Made by a program: the position numbers and the translations under genes. The notes beneath the pieces are model-generated. The model searched no databases and was not told the DNA's origin. It saw nothing but the letters and a program-made list of their open reading frames with translations. A stretch of 63,993 bases of DNA, counting the filler, from Circinaria calcarea (taxonomy: Eukaryota), in assembly GCA_051942165.1 (NCBI GenBank). It is 8 parts of 8 records of this genome, joined end to end, with 100 filler letters (N's around TTAATTAATTAA, not from the genome) between each part and the next. Parts side by side here need not be neighbours in the genome. Positions count along the whole stretch, not along the records: positions 48,210 to 56,134 come from JAVECS010001215.1; positions 56,235 to 63,993 come from JAVECS010001254.1; 6 more parts are not named here. The stretch is one strand, 5' to 3'. Numbering within the stretch: the stretch's first letter is position 1; each line of letters begins with the position of its first letter. This document shows, one piece after another, positions 53,346 through 63,993 of this stretch.

Positions 53346-56134
53346 ATGACGATGAAGCTCAAGCACCTGATACAAATAAGGAGGGCATTCTCTGATGCCA
53401 AGGAAGCTGAAGCAAAGGTAAGTTACCTTTATCCAGATCGAGCGTGTAAGACAGAAGCTCATAGCTGGCATAGGATCAACCTATTCGAGGCCGTAAAGGG
53501 AAGGTAGCTCGGTTCTCCAAATACATCAAGAGCAAGGCGAAGTATTTGCATCGCCATAAGCATGGAAGTAAAGAGGTGAGTCGATCTTTGTGTTGAATTA
53601 ATGTTGGGCATGTCATGTGATCTAATATGTTCATAGGCAAAAGTGTCGGTGGCTATACAATATACTGTTGACTCTACTGTCATTATTAATGCATACAACC
53701 CCACTGCCAATGAGGTTGCTGTGGTAGTTTCATCAGTAGACTACCACGGGGAACATTCAAAGTCGAAGGTATGCGATTTGTTTACCTGTGCTCCATACAA
53801 CATTATATCTAATTTAACGCAGACTACAATTGACTCCTCTGATCAACACATTTCTAATCCGTCAGGGAGTTTGGAAAATATCGAGGTTAACAATCATCCT
53901 GAGAAAAATGGTGATGGCTCCCCTGCTCAAGAAATCCACCATGCTCAGGGCACCCGGGACTTGGAAGCAGAGCCGATTGAACCTTCTAGAATTGATACCA
54001 ACCACACACTCTTGGAACCTATCGTGTACCCCTCTTCCGTCCATGCAGTCACATCGGAGGAACCGGTAACAATCGCCGGTGAGAGCATATCCCATTCAGC
54101 GGATTCACCAAGCGGTATCTCAGACGATACATCCCTACTTTTTTCCGAACTTGTGGATCGTGGTACTCAATCAAGGGTTGTCTCCGACACTACAATTTTC
54201 TCGGCGTTGAGCAGCGGGGCAACGTCGACTGAAAGCATCCGAAAGGTCTCGGGACCTACAGCTGACCGCCATGATATAGTCGACCAAGAGGTTAAAACCG
54301 AGGTGGAAGCCTTTACGCCACGCAGCTCAAAAGTTATTCCGACTTCAGGCGATGGCGAGGTAGCGGGGTCTGAGATTGGTACGCCTTTGACATCAACTAC
54401 TAAGCAGCTGCCAGTTCAGTCCGAAGCCGAAGGGCTAAACCGCATAACAGACAATTTTTCGCTCATCCCATCGGAGGTGTTTCTGGATATGCCTGTTGAG
54501 AGCACTCAGCTACCTCAGGAAGATGGGGAAGCCGGGAAAGTCACGAAGAGCATCGATAGTGATGCGCGATCTAAAAACGAGGTCGACAAACTTGTCTCGG
54601 CAAATGATAAGCAGTGGGAAGCAGCATTCGCTTCCAGAGAAATGTCTTTCGAAAATGAGATGGAAGACTTAAAGGACGAACACATTGATGATTTGAAGCA
54701 TCAGAAGGAAGTTCTTCAAGCTCAATATGCTGAAGAACTATCTCTGTTGACGGTTGATTTGGCAGCGAGGCATGCCCTTGAGCTAACACAGCTGAGAGAA
54801 GAGATGCGAGCTGCAACGGAAGCCTTGCAAAGGAAATCTAATTTGCTGCAGGCACATCAACATCTCGGAGAGCTTTATGATAATCTCCAGAAACGTCATG
54901 TCAAAACATTACAAGCCGTCGAAGATCAAAAGAACATAACTCAGACAAAAGACCAAGAGGTGCTACAGCTTCGCCAGCGTATGTACGATGCTACAGCGGA
55001 GTTCAACCAAGAGAAGCAGGAAGCCCAGGATCACGCAACTAGGTTGCAACAACAGAACGCCATACTGCAAATGACCCTTGGGCGTGACAAAATCACCTGT
55101 GATGGGGTGTACGCTAAACTGGTTGAAGCTCAGGTGGCCCTGGAAGACAACCCTAGGGCTATAAACTCTGATCGTGAACAGCTACTCAAGCTGAAGGAGA
55201 GCCAATTAGCTAAAACAGAGGAGCAGCTTTTCGACCTCTCCAAGGCCTACGATATAATGGAGTCTGAAGCCGAGAAGAATGCCGAGAATGCTAGTGCTCG
55301 CATTGAGGACGTCGAGAGAGAATTGCAGCTAGAGGTCGATAAAACCAGCTTCCTCTCGGAGCGAAACGACTACCTTGAAACCTATAGCGAGGACATCGTT
55401 GCTAGGATTTCAAGCCGAATGCAACAGAACGAGAGCGTTGTCATCCTGAACAATAACATCGCATTAGCTAATCGCGAAAAGACCACCTTTTCTGACAGAG
55501 TGACGGCTTTGGAGAAACACCTCCAACAGTCCGAACTAAATGCATTCATCTGGAAGGAAAAGCATCGTGATCTCTCGGAAGAGGCTTCCATCCGAAAGAG
55601 TAATCTCGATAAGTGTACGGAGGAGAAACGGGCATTAATGACACAGGTGCATCAGCTAGAGTACTCCACGGAATTGAAAGAGAAAGAACTAGAAGATTTA
55701 TCCGAGGAGAAAGCCCAAGGGTTAACCTGGCAAGATAACGAGATCACGCGGCTCAAAGATATTATTGATCATCTAGGCCGGTTGAATACACCGGAGCATG
55801 CTCGATGGGTACTTGATCATAAGGAGGTGGTGATCGGAAATCTAAGGGAAAACCTCGAGATTACACAGAAGCAGTTGAGCGATTTGCAGCAGAAGACAGG
55901 AGAGGCAGAATGGTTGGCGGGATTCGATCGTCAGACAGCCGGGTACTCAGACTATGTTGATGGGATGAAGAGAAAGCGTTTCGAAGACATGCAAGCCGAG
56001 TTAGAAGAGCTTCGAGCTGCCAAGCCAGGATACGATTCTTGGCTTCGCCAGGAAGCAATATCATACCGACACCAGCTCAAAGCATCTGAAGAGAATGTAA
56101 AGGGACTGAGTGAACAGCTGGAGCGACTCCAAGA
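53346..56134 (+). CDS. Large coiled-coil protein of unknown function, 3' truncated
   Basis: Short 5' exons with gtaagt/gtgagt introns splice in frame into the 847-codon ORF; acidic Ser/Thr region then long E/K/L/Q heptad region. Confidence 0.72.
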
Positions 56135-56234
56135 NNNNNNNNNNNNNNNNNNNNNNNNNNNNNNNNNNNNNNNNNNNNTTAATTAATTAANNNNNNNNNN
56201 NNNNNNNNNNNNNNNNNNNNNNNNNNNNNNNNNN
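56135..56234. other. Artificial contig linker
   Basis: N-TTAATTAATTAA-N, 100 bp. Confidence 0.98.
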
Positions 56235-57249
56235 CCTCTCCACGCATTGTTTAACCATAGCTCGAAAGGTTCAGGTATCACATTGACCATGCCGTTGAGG
56301 TTAGCGTCTGCGAAGTCGAATCTGCCCTCTCCCGTGGCCATTAACGTGTAAATGCGACGCTGCTCATGGAAATCTCCAGATGCTTGTGCAGCCAGTAGAT
56401 ATGACCAGAGGCTATTAAAATCGTAATGCGCTCGTTGGAATACTTGATCTCGTGGGCCCTTAGCATTGCTTAACCACGTCCGAAAAGAAAAGCATACTTC
56501 TCATCTGCTCCCCAGCCCAGACAATGTCGGAGACGGTCTTCCGCACACCACACATCCTAAGTTCGGTCGGCCAGTCTGGTAAATCCAAGGCAGACACTAC
56601 AAACTTCCCCACGTCTTTGGCTGAGGTAAGGCAGATGATCGCAGGTTGTCCGGATGAATCAAGGGGTATTTGAGCGCTCAAGTTTCGTATATTCACCAGG
56701 TAGTTTCCCTCATTGCTATCACCCGAGGTGTGGCCAATGTTTGCGGCAGCAGTGCCGCCAGGGCCAAAGCGCTCGTAGAGAATGCCGCATGACAGGACAG
56801 TGTACGCCATGCCTTGAGTTGCGTAGTGGTAGAGCCGGGTCAGCGCCGCGTTCTGCCCGCGGTCGAGAGCGTCGTCAGCAGGACGAAGTAGTGAGGAGCC
56901 TGCAAACTCGGCAGGAGCAAACCGACGAACTCCCACAGAGAACGCTGCATCGATAAGTACCAGCTGAGCGGCACCAGACACAAGCGAGATCACAAGATCT
57001 ACACCTGCGAGGTTGAACTGGAGATCATAGTCGTTCGCATAGTCGACGATGAGGACCTGCCATCCTTCTTCGGTCAATAAAGGCTTGGGCTGCACTCGGT
57101 CAACGTCTGTCTCTAGGTGCATCTTTATTAGAAGATAGCATAAAGCTTACTGTTCTGGAGAGCAGGACGAACTGATGGGAAGGCTCTCTGTGCAGAAAGT
57201 AGGCAATCCAGTATGCCAGGCCGTTTGTTCCAGCAATGGCGACTCTCAT
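56235..57249 (-). CDS. NmrA-like / isoflavone reductase family NAD(P)-binding protein (end truncated)
   Basis: MRVAIAGTNGLA, LAGVDLVIS, QLVLIDAA..GVRRFAPAEF, DVGKFV; two introns. Confidence 0.85.
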
Positions 57250-60027
57250 CTTGACAGCTTGCACCTTACTGTAGGTAGAGAACTTGGAATTATATCTGTA
57301 TCCGCCAGACCGTTCACACTGCTGCGGTTTCAAACACTTTAATGGGGTAGTGATCCAATGTGAGGCTCAAGGTGTGTAGCTACTGGGCGGCAAAGAGACC
57401 CTCGAGTAGGAAGCAAACCGGTTGCGGCGTGTGTAACCCGGAAAACCGCTGAGGCTTCGTGATAGGCCGGACATTCTGGGTAGGATTTGTCTGAGGGGTG
57501 CTTCCTTTTAAGATGAACGAAAAATGTGGAGATAAACTGGCCGGAGCGGTGTAGTAATGAAACATAAAGCAGTTCTAGGGCCTAAGATCATATCCAATAG
57601 AAACTGGTATTTACTTGAAAAGTGCCGTATGTGCCTAGCGGGTGGATTGTGCGGTTTGGGAGAACGTTAGGCTTCGTGAATTCAGTGGCTGCAAAGCTAG
57701 ACGTAGACGGCTATCCAGGGGGGTATCTAGTGGACGAGTGGGACGATAAACGCCTAACAGCTGACGCCCCTTGCCCCCAGACAAGCCAGGACCCATTCCA
57801 AATGTCTGTAACTCGGTCCTGACATCAACGCCACGCGTGTGATGGATATGATACGTACATAAATTTTGTAGTCTAATTGACCAGACTGTTTCTTAGAGAA
57901 ATAGCCTGGCAACAGTCTCTAGTTGGATAACAACGACAAGAAAATCCGAGGGCGTACTCTGAGCCGAACCTATACTGACCCACGGTTAGCAGTTTGTTTG
58001 ACAGCTGCAGAAATCTTTAGGAATGACCAATGACACCTTCGATCATGTCAGATGGCGCCCGAAGACAGAACTGAGTACGAATCCTTCGCGTGGACGAGCA
58101 GGCAGCTACGTGCACTTTGATGCAGATCACTAGGATCATTCTTCGGCACATAGAAGCTAAAGAGATCTCATCGATCACAAGAGAACACGCAAATCCAGAC
58201 GCGTTCCGTGACGTATAACAGATGAAGGCAGCGATATGTAGGGTCTTTGGTTGATACACAGGGGAGCTGAACACACCTCATTTAAAGGATCGCCTCACTG
58301 TACTGCTGGAGACTACTCTTACACACGTGGGTTGTACCGGGCGAGATGGAAGATGAGCAGCGTTTCTCCATGAGGCAAGGACCAGGTAAGGAAAATAGGA
58401 GTGGGTGTGAAGCAGGGTAACTGAACGGGAAAGCTTCACTGTCCTCGGACGCACGTCCGATGGTTGCAAGTCGGAAACGGTACGAAGAACCTCGGACAGC
58501 CTCTCGAAAGGCAATTTCGAGGCCTGGCCAAGGGCCACGACCCAGGTGTGTGGGTAACGGTATAGGATAGCTGCTCCGTCATACGCCCAGCTCCCTAGCC
58601 GTTGCCTGACCTTACAAGGCTGCAGCAGCACGGCTGTATGAAGCCTCGAGGGGTGCAGTTGATCGTTCTTGATAGCTAGGAGTAACCTTGAGATCATCTG
58701 TGGTTGCCGGTGTGCTGGCGCCTTACCGGTTGACCAATGATGAGTTAGGATGGTTCCTCTGGTTGCAGCGAATTTGGATGAAGGCCAATTAGCCAAGAGT
58801 CCTTGGGCCATCGGTATAGATGATTTGACAGAAGCGGACAGCGTGCATAAGACCAGAACCATCGCTTGGAGTTGACATATTTGAGTCATATTTCGATGCA
58901 CCATGCGTCGCTAGGCGATCAATGGGTATTCCCTCTCCTTCACTCGCATCCGCTCGATTGCGACTCACGTCCAGCTCAATCGGCCAGTACTTCTGTTTGT
59001 TTGGGAAGTGATGGACCGAGAATCAGAGTCGAATATATGTCGTGGGGGCGGTTTCCTACCGCGCATGCAAGCCTAGATTTCGTAGGAAGCCGCACTGGCC
59101 ACTCCGTCGTGAGGCATCACCCATCTTCTCCGTGACAATTTTCTGCGACCCGGCAAAAGAAAGAAGCCTAAATGATGGTATATGCAGTCTTAAATCCTTG
59201 GGGACGGGTGCCTGACGATTGCCTGGAACCTTAGGATGCGGTCCAAAAGCCAAATCCATAGGCGAGCTGCGATCCTCTTGACATGTGCATCACCATCTTC
59301 AACAATAAGACTTGGAGAGAGTAACTGACTCTCAGCCGCAAGACAGATGTTAACATGTTGCTCATTGTGTACGGCGCAGGAAGTGTACGATAGGAGACAA
59401 CTCGGAGAACTCGTCGCGTGCTCTTTCCCTTGGATTTTGAAGTTGGAACACAACCATCGAGGCCCGGAGTGCAAAACTTGTGTTGTTGCTGATGAGACAC
59501 CATCAGTGTATTTGGGGGTGGGGCGAGCCCCGTTCCCAGTTACCTATGGATCGAGTCCCTTGAACTAGACTTCTATACATTCAAGGTCTTAGGTTGTCCG
59601 GCAAGAGCTCTGATTGCTATTTGAGGCGTCCTCCAGTACCATACTATAAGCTCTGGCACCGACATCTGTTTACCCACCTCGAAGGTTGTAGAATAAGCAG
59701 TCATGCTCCCAGCACTCATCCCCATCCCGGCTGACTCGCATATGGAGATTGCGAACAAAACCCACTGTAGATTAGATTTGCATTTTAGCTTCACCTAAAT
59801 TAAAAGATCTGCCTAAGGTAGTTAATTGGTGGGAGCGGGATTGGGTCATTTTAGCTTGGAATCGAGATAAGTTAACACGCAGATCACGTAGGTATCTCGC
59901 TAAATCAGGACGCGCTTTGACATAGGCATTCTAGTACTCGGCTTCACGCACAAGACACAGCGTCCTGTTCACGACATCAACGCCGTCTAGATGGGTTCCT
60001 GTACTCAACATGAGCTGACGTGAGGTT

Positions 60028-61933
60028 ATGGTTGTCACGTCTGCGAAAATGGCCGGCGATGGTACCGCCCCGGCGCGTAACACGTCGTTGTATGCAGACC
60101 GGTCAGGACAGCCGCCCACCAAGCCTTTCCGTGAAAAGTTCCCTTTCCTCATCCACTCCCAAGATACTTTGACCAACGGGCTACCACCAGAAGCCGACAG
60201 TCGAGATGTCGCTCGCCCAAGACGCCGTCGGACAAGGTACATAAGCCCATAAGATAGAGCACACCAGAGCTAACTTATTGGTCACATCAGCCCAGAAGAT
60301 CATGCAATACTTGAGGCAGAGTATCAGCGAAACTCCAAGCCGGACAAGATCGCGAGAATGGATATCGTCAACCGTGTTGCATTGGGAGAGAAAGAAGTTC
60401 AGGTAGGTAACATCCTCGCTTTCGAAGCCCCGCGAGCTGCAGCATTGCCCAAGCACACAATTGTCACCTAGTTTACGAGGCCTCTGACCAAGAGTAAATG
60501 TTGATCTGGTATGGCTGTAGATATGGTTCCAGAATCGTCGTCAAATGACACGTCGCAAAGCCCGCCCGTTGCTCCCGCACGAAATCCTCTCAAGCCTGCG
60601 CTCAAGCCAGGAGAGTGTTGAGAGTCTCCAGTCGTCGAGCCCTATGCTCGAAGGCAGCAGCCAGCCGGATTCTTCCTCAAGCCCTATCGCCGAGGGTTGC
60701 AATGGCCAACAGAAGCCTTGCAGCACCAACACCAAAGGCCGACACGCCCAAGACGAGGCCCTTTCGAAGTCTGTACAAGGTCATCCGAAGAATTGCGTGG
60801 AGTTGCTCGATTCCACGTGTCAAACGCACAATTCAACTGCGATGCAGGTAGCAGTCCAGCAAAACCAGGGTAGAGAAAAGCATGGTGCCCTGGAGTTATT
60901 GATCCCTGGCTCGAAACCAGTAACTACAAGCCACTTGCAACCTGCTTTAGTTGTTGCTCCTCTCACCGCTGCATCTACATCGCGACCCTTGAAACGTGCA
61001 TCGTCAACCGTCCGTCTTTCGATGTCCCTTGATGGCAAAGCGCAGGTCATTCTTGAGAACGGAAGCTCGCCGTCACCTCCAAGGCTAAATCAATTAGTGT
61101 TTTCCAGCGGACCTCAACGTCATGGCACACTCCAACGAAGCCAAAGTGAGATCGGATTAGCCAGTCAGTCTTTCAATATACTCAATGACAGCACCGTGCC
61201 GTGGTCAAGACAATTGGCGCCTGGACGATCAAGAGATGCTAGGGCCTGGGAATTTTACTGCGATAGCGATGCGCGGAACGCTTTGACTCTACAAGCAGAA
61301 GAGGAACAGAAAGGCTCGGCCGAGGGCGCAATTGGCCTAATCCGTTCTAGCAGTAGTAAAGTCTTAGATCTAAGCAACGGAAAGCGCAATGTGGAGATGG
61401 TAACGGGAAAGGATCCGGTGAAGCGAAAGAAAACTGTAGGACAAACCTCCCATAAGCCCAAACTTGCTCGCACCGCTTCATCAGTATCGCGACTCCAGAC
61501 GGTCAGTACCAATGTCCAGACACATGTGCCGCGGTCGAAAGCAAAAGGCATGAAGCCTGGCTCGCAAACGAGTGTTTACCGGGATCTTTCTGGAGATTCC
61601 GATAAGGAGAACTGGTTGCCCGGTACGCGGACGAGCAACGTCCGCAGACAACGGCCAGCGGATTCCACTGCAAGCACCCGACGGGCTGTGCTCAATGAAA
61701 ACAGCAGCATACCCAGTCACTCCACAAGTCTTGGGGCACTTCTCAATCACGAGAACGCCACACCCGGGCGACACCGCTCAGAGAGTAAAGATGTGGACAG
61801 AGAAGAGAACAAGGGGAATGAAGTGGACGAAGAAGTTGCGGCATTTACGGGTGAGTCGAGTGTACCTCGAGAGGGAGAAGACTTGGATTGCGTACAGAAT
61901 CTGCTTTCGTTGAGTCAAGGTGCATGGCGGTGA
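60028..61933 (+). CDS. Homeodomain transcription factor (Yox1/Yhp1-like)
   Basis: Spliced homeodomain RPRRRRTSPEDHAILEAEY..KPDK..R..I...V.LGEKEVQIWFQNRRQ; C-terminal DLDCVQNLLSLSQGAWR; start may be 60049. Confidence 0.88.
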
Positions 61934-62817
61934 TCCTTTGGCCGTGAAGTATTTGGACATTGATGACGGAAAAGGCTTCTATTGTCGGATGGTCATTCAT
62001 TCTCTCGACGGCCTTTGCAACGGCTTAATGAGCCGATACACAGCTTCTTCGTGGCGAGGGCCGCATAAAATGATGCAATATTGGTCAATTGGATTTTTGC
62101 AAGTAAGCTTACTTTACCTGCAACCAAAGATGCCAGTTTCGAATCAAACTTCGGTAATTCTACTCTGAGTGCTATTGAATTGACAATCTGGAGGATGTTT
62201 GTGAAGTGGGACGATTGTCTTACCGAGCTACTGGACGAAAGATCCCCCGCACTTTGAATAATCCAAGTCCTTGGCGCCTCTGGCGGCGGCTTCAGTAGGT
62301 ACGACTATCAAAGCCCTGCCCTTCCGTTAATACTGATTTTCATCCCTGAAAGACGTTTGCTTGAAACTACAGGCCACCTGTTAATTCATAGTACCTGGTA
62401 AGTTGGCATCGAGACCTCCTTCGATGTGAAATTGTGATTCTCCGTGAATGAGTGCTAGTGTATCCTGTTCTCAGCAAAATGGAGCTTTGTCGACTCTTGT
62501 CCTCCTCCTTATTTCGTCTGGGTTGGCACGTCTTGGATCAAGATCATCTTCCTTCTTCAGTTGATCTGGCTGCATCATCTATATTACTCATACCACGATT
62601 GAAGTCTGGCATCCCAGTGCACAGGTTGATAGTCTTTGCACGTTCTTTCCTTAGTTATTCCATCTTTGAGGGAGAGTGTACTACTATGCTTAAGTTGAGC
62701 ATTCGGACATGGAATGTAAAGCTCATTTCCCAAGAGAATATAGTCCCCTAGTTGCAAGCCCAATCCAGCACAGTCCCATCCAGTTACGCTCGCTCATCCG
62801 ACCTGCCCATTGAACCA

Positions 62818-63993
62818 ATGCACACCAACATGATCCGGCGGGTACTACCTCGAGGTAGGAATCCTCATATATGTATCGTGGGAGCAGGCATGGCTGGTTT
62901 GAGATGTGCGGAGGTGTTGCTAGAAAGAGACATCAAGGTTACTATCCTCGAAGGACGAGACCGGATAGGTGGGCGCGTACGTTCGTTGATGCACTGAAGA
63001 GAAGCTGGACTTAGAAATGTTAGGTCCATCAAAGTAACCACTTGGGTCACATGGTAGATATGTGAGTGACCAAATTGTGATGTGAGCGAAATATCTAACG
63101 TTAGAAGGGGTCCTAATTGGATACATGGCACTGATCATAATCCTATACTGGATCTTGCCAAAGAGACGGACACAGCTGCCTGCTCTACCGGAGAGGGGGC
63201 ATGCATCTTTGATGAAGTGGGTAGACTGCTAGATGGTGAAAAGGCCAACGCGATCTCCGACTTAGTTTGGGGCACCATCTCAGACGCCTTCAAGTACAGC
63301 AATGTCGACTCGTCCGCCATACCATCTAACAAAAGTTTGAGAGACTTCTTCATTGAGAAACTCGATGAGAAGGACCTCAGTAAGACGGACAAGAAGCTGA
63401 TTTTGCAGATGGCAGAAATGTGGGGAGCTTTCATCGGTGACCCGTGGGAACGACAAAGTCTCAAATACCTTTGGCTGGAGGAGTGCATTGGTGGTGGTAA
63501 GTTGTGGGAATTGCGTGTAGATCTCGCTCATGAGCGAGACATGTATTATGCTACTAAAGCCGGCCAGAGAACCTATTCGTGGCGAGCACTTACAACGCCA
63601 TCCTCCACCGTGTAGCCAGAAGTGCTCTCAGCAAAGCCGACGTCCGCCTATCTACCACAGTACTCTCGGTGCAAAACAGCCCTGATACCGGTGAGGAGCA
63701 CAAGGTTGTCGTCAAGACCAAAGACACCTCCTTCGAATTCGACGAAGTCGTCGTCACCACTCCGCTCGGATGTCTAAAACGCAACGTCCCATCCTTCTCC
63801 CCACCGCTATCTCCCCGCATCACCCGCGCGATCAACAACATATCCTACGGCCACCTCGAAAAAGTCTACGTCACATTCCCCACCGCCTTCTGGGATCCGC
63901 CTCCGAACGACAGCAGCCCAGCCTCGAAAAAAATCCCCCTGGCCAGCAAATCCATTATCAAATCTACTCCCCCAACCGGTCTCTCATCCCTTC
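62818..63993 (+). CDS. Flavin-containing amine oxidase (polyamine oxidase-like), runs off the window
   Basis: [58 protein letters not shown]. Confidence 0.9.

Noticed and set aside
58278..58904. 208-aa minus-strand ORF
   Set aside because: No recognisable features; lies in the long divergent promoter region of the homeobox gene
59876..60050. MCB-type autoregulatory sites upstream of the homeobox gene
   Set aside because: Only one ACGCG core (59910), too weak to call

Overview
Filamentous ascomycete (Pezizomycotina) genomic DNA with intron-containing genes. The window is not contiguous genome. It is eight contigs of about 7.9 kb, ordered by decreasing length and joined by 100-bp artificial N-TTAATTAATTAA-N linkers, so gene order across linkers means nothing. 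Recognisable genes are ATG13, EDE1, DYS1, an acid ceramidase/NAAA-like hydrolase, a Sulfotransfer_4-type P-loop protein, a DHA2 MFS transporter, a Pth11-like membrane protein, a Fig1-like protein, a CorA-like protein, SVP26, the SUR1/CSG1 MIPC synthase, a TDP1-like enzyme, UBC1, RPT2, a coiled-coil orphan, an NmrA-like reductase, a Yox1-like homeobox factor and a flavin amine oxidase. Two things stand out. (1) Three ORFs at 18399-22781(-) splice in frame into one ~1397-aa protein with an intron-split Zn(II)2Cys6 cluster that the ORF track does not show, two C2H2 fingers bracketed by a direct repeat, and C-terminal transmembrane helices; it is a candidate membrane-tethered dual zinc-finger regulator. 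(2) A nest of non-autonomous, satellite-filled TIR elements lies at 31671-36693. It includes a 1.7-kb TGT...ACA element with ~230-bp TIRs and a 4-bp CTAT duplication (Ginger-like), shows RIP-type mutations, and surrounds a Fig1-like gene.
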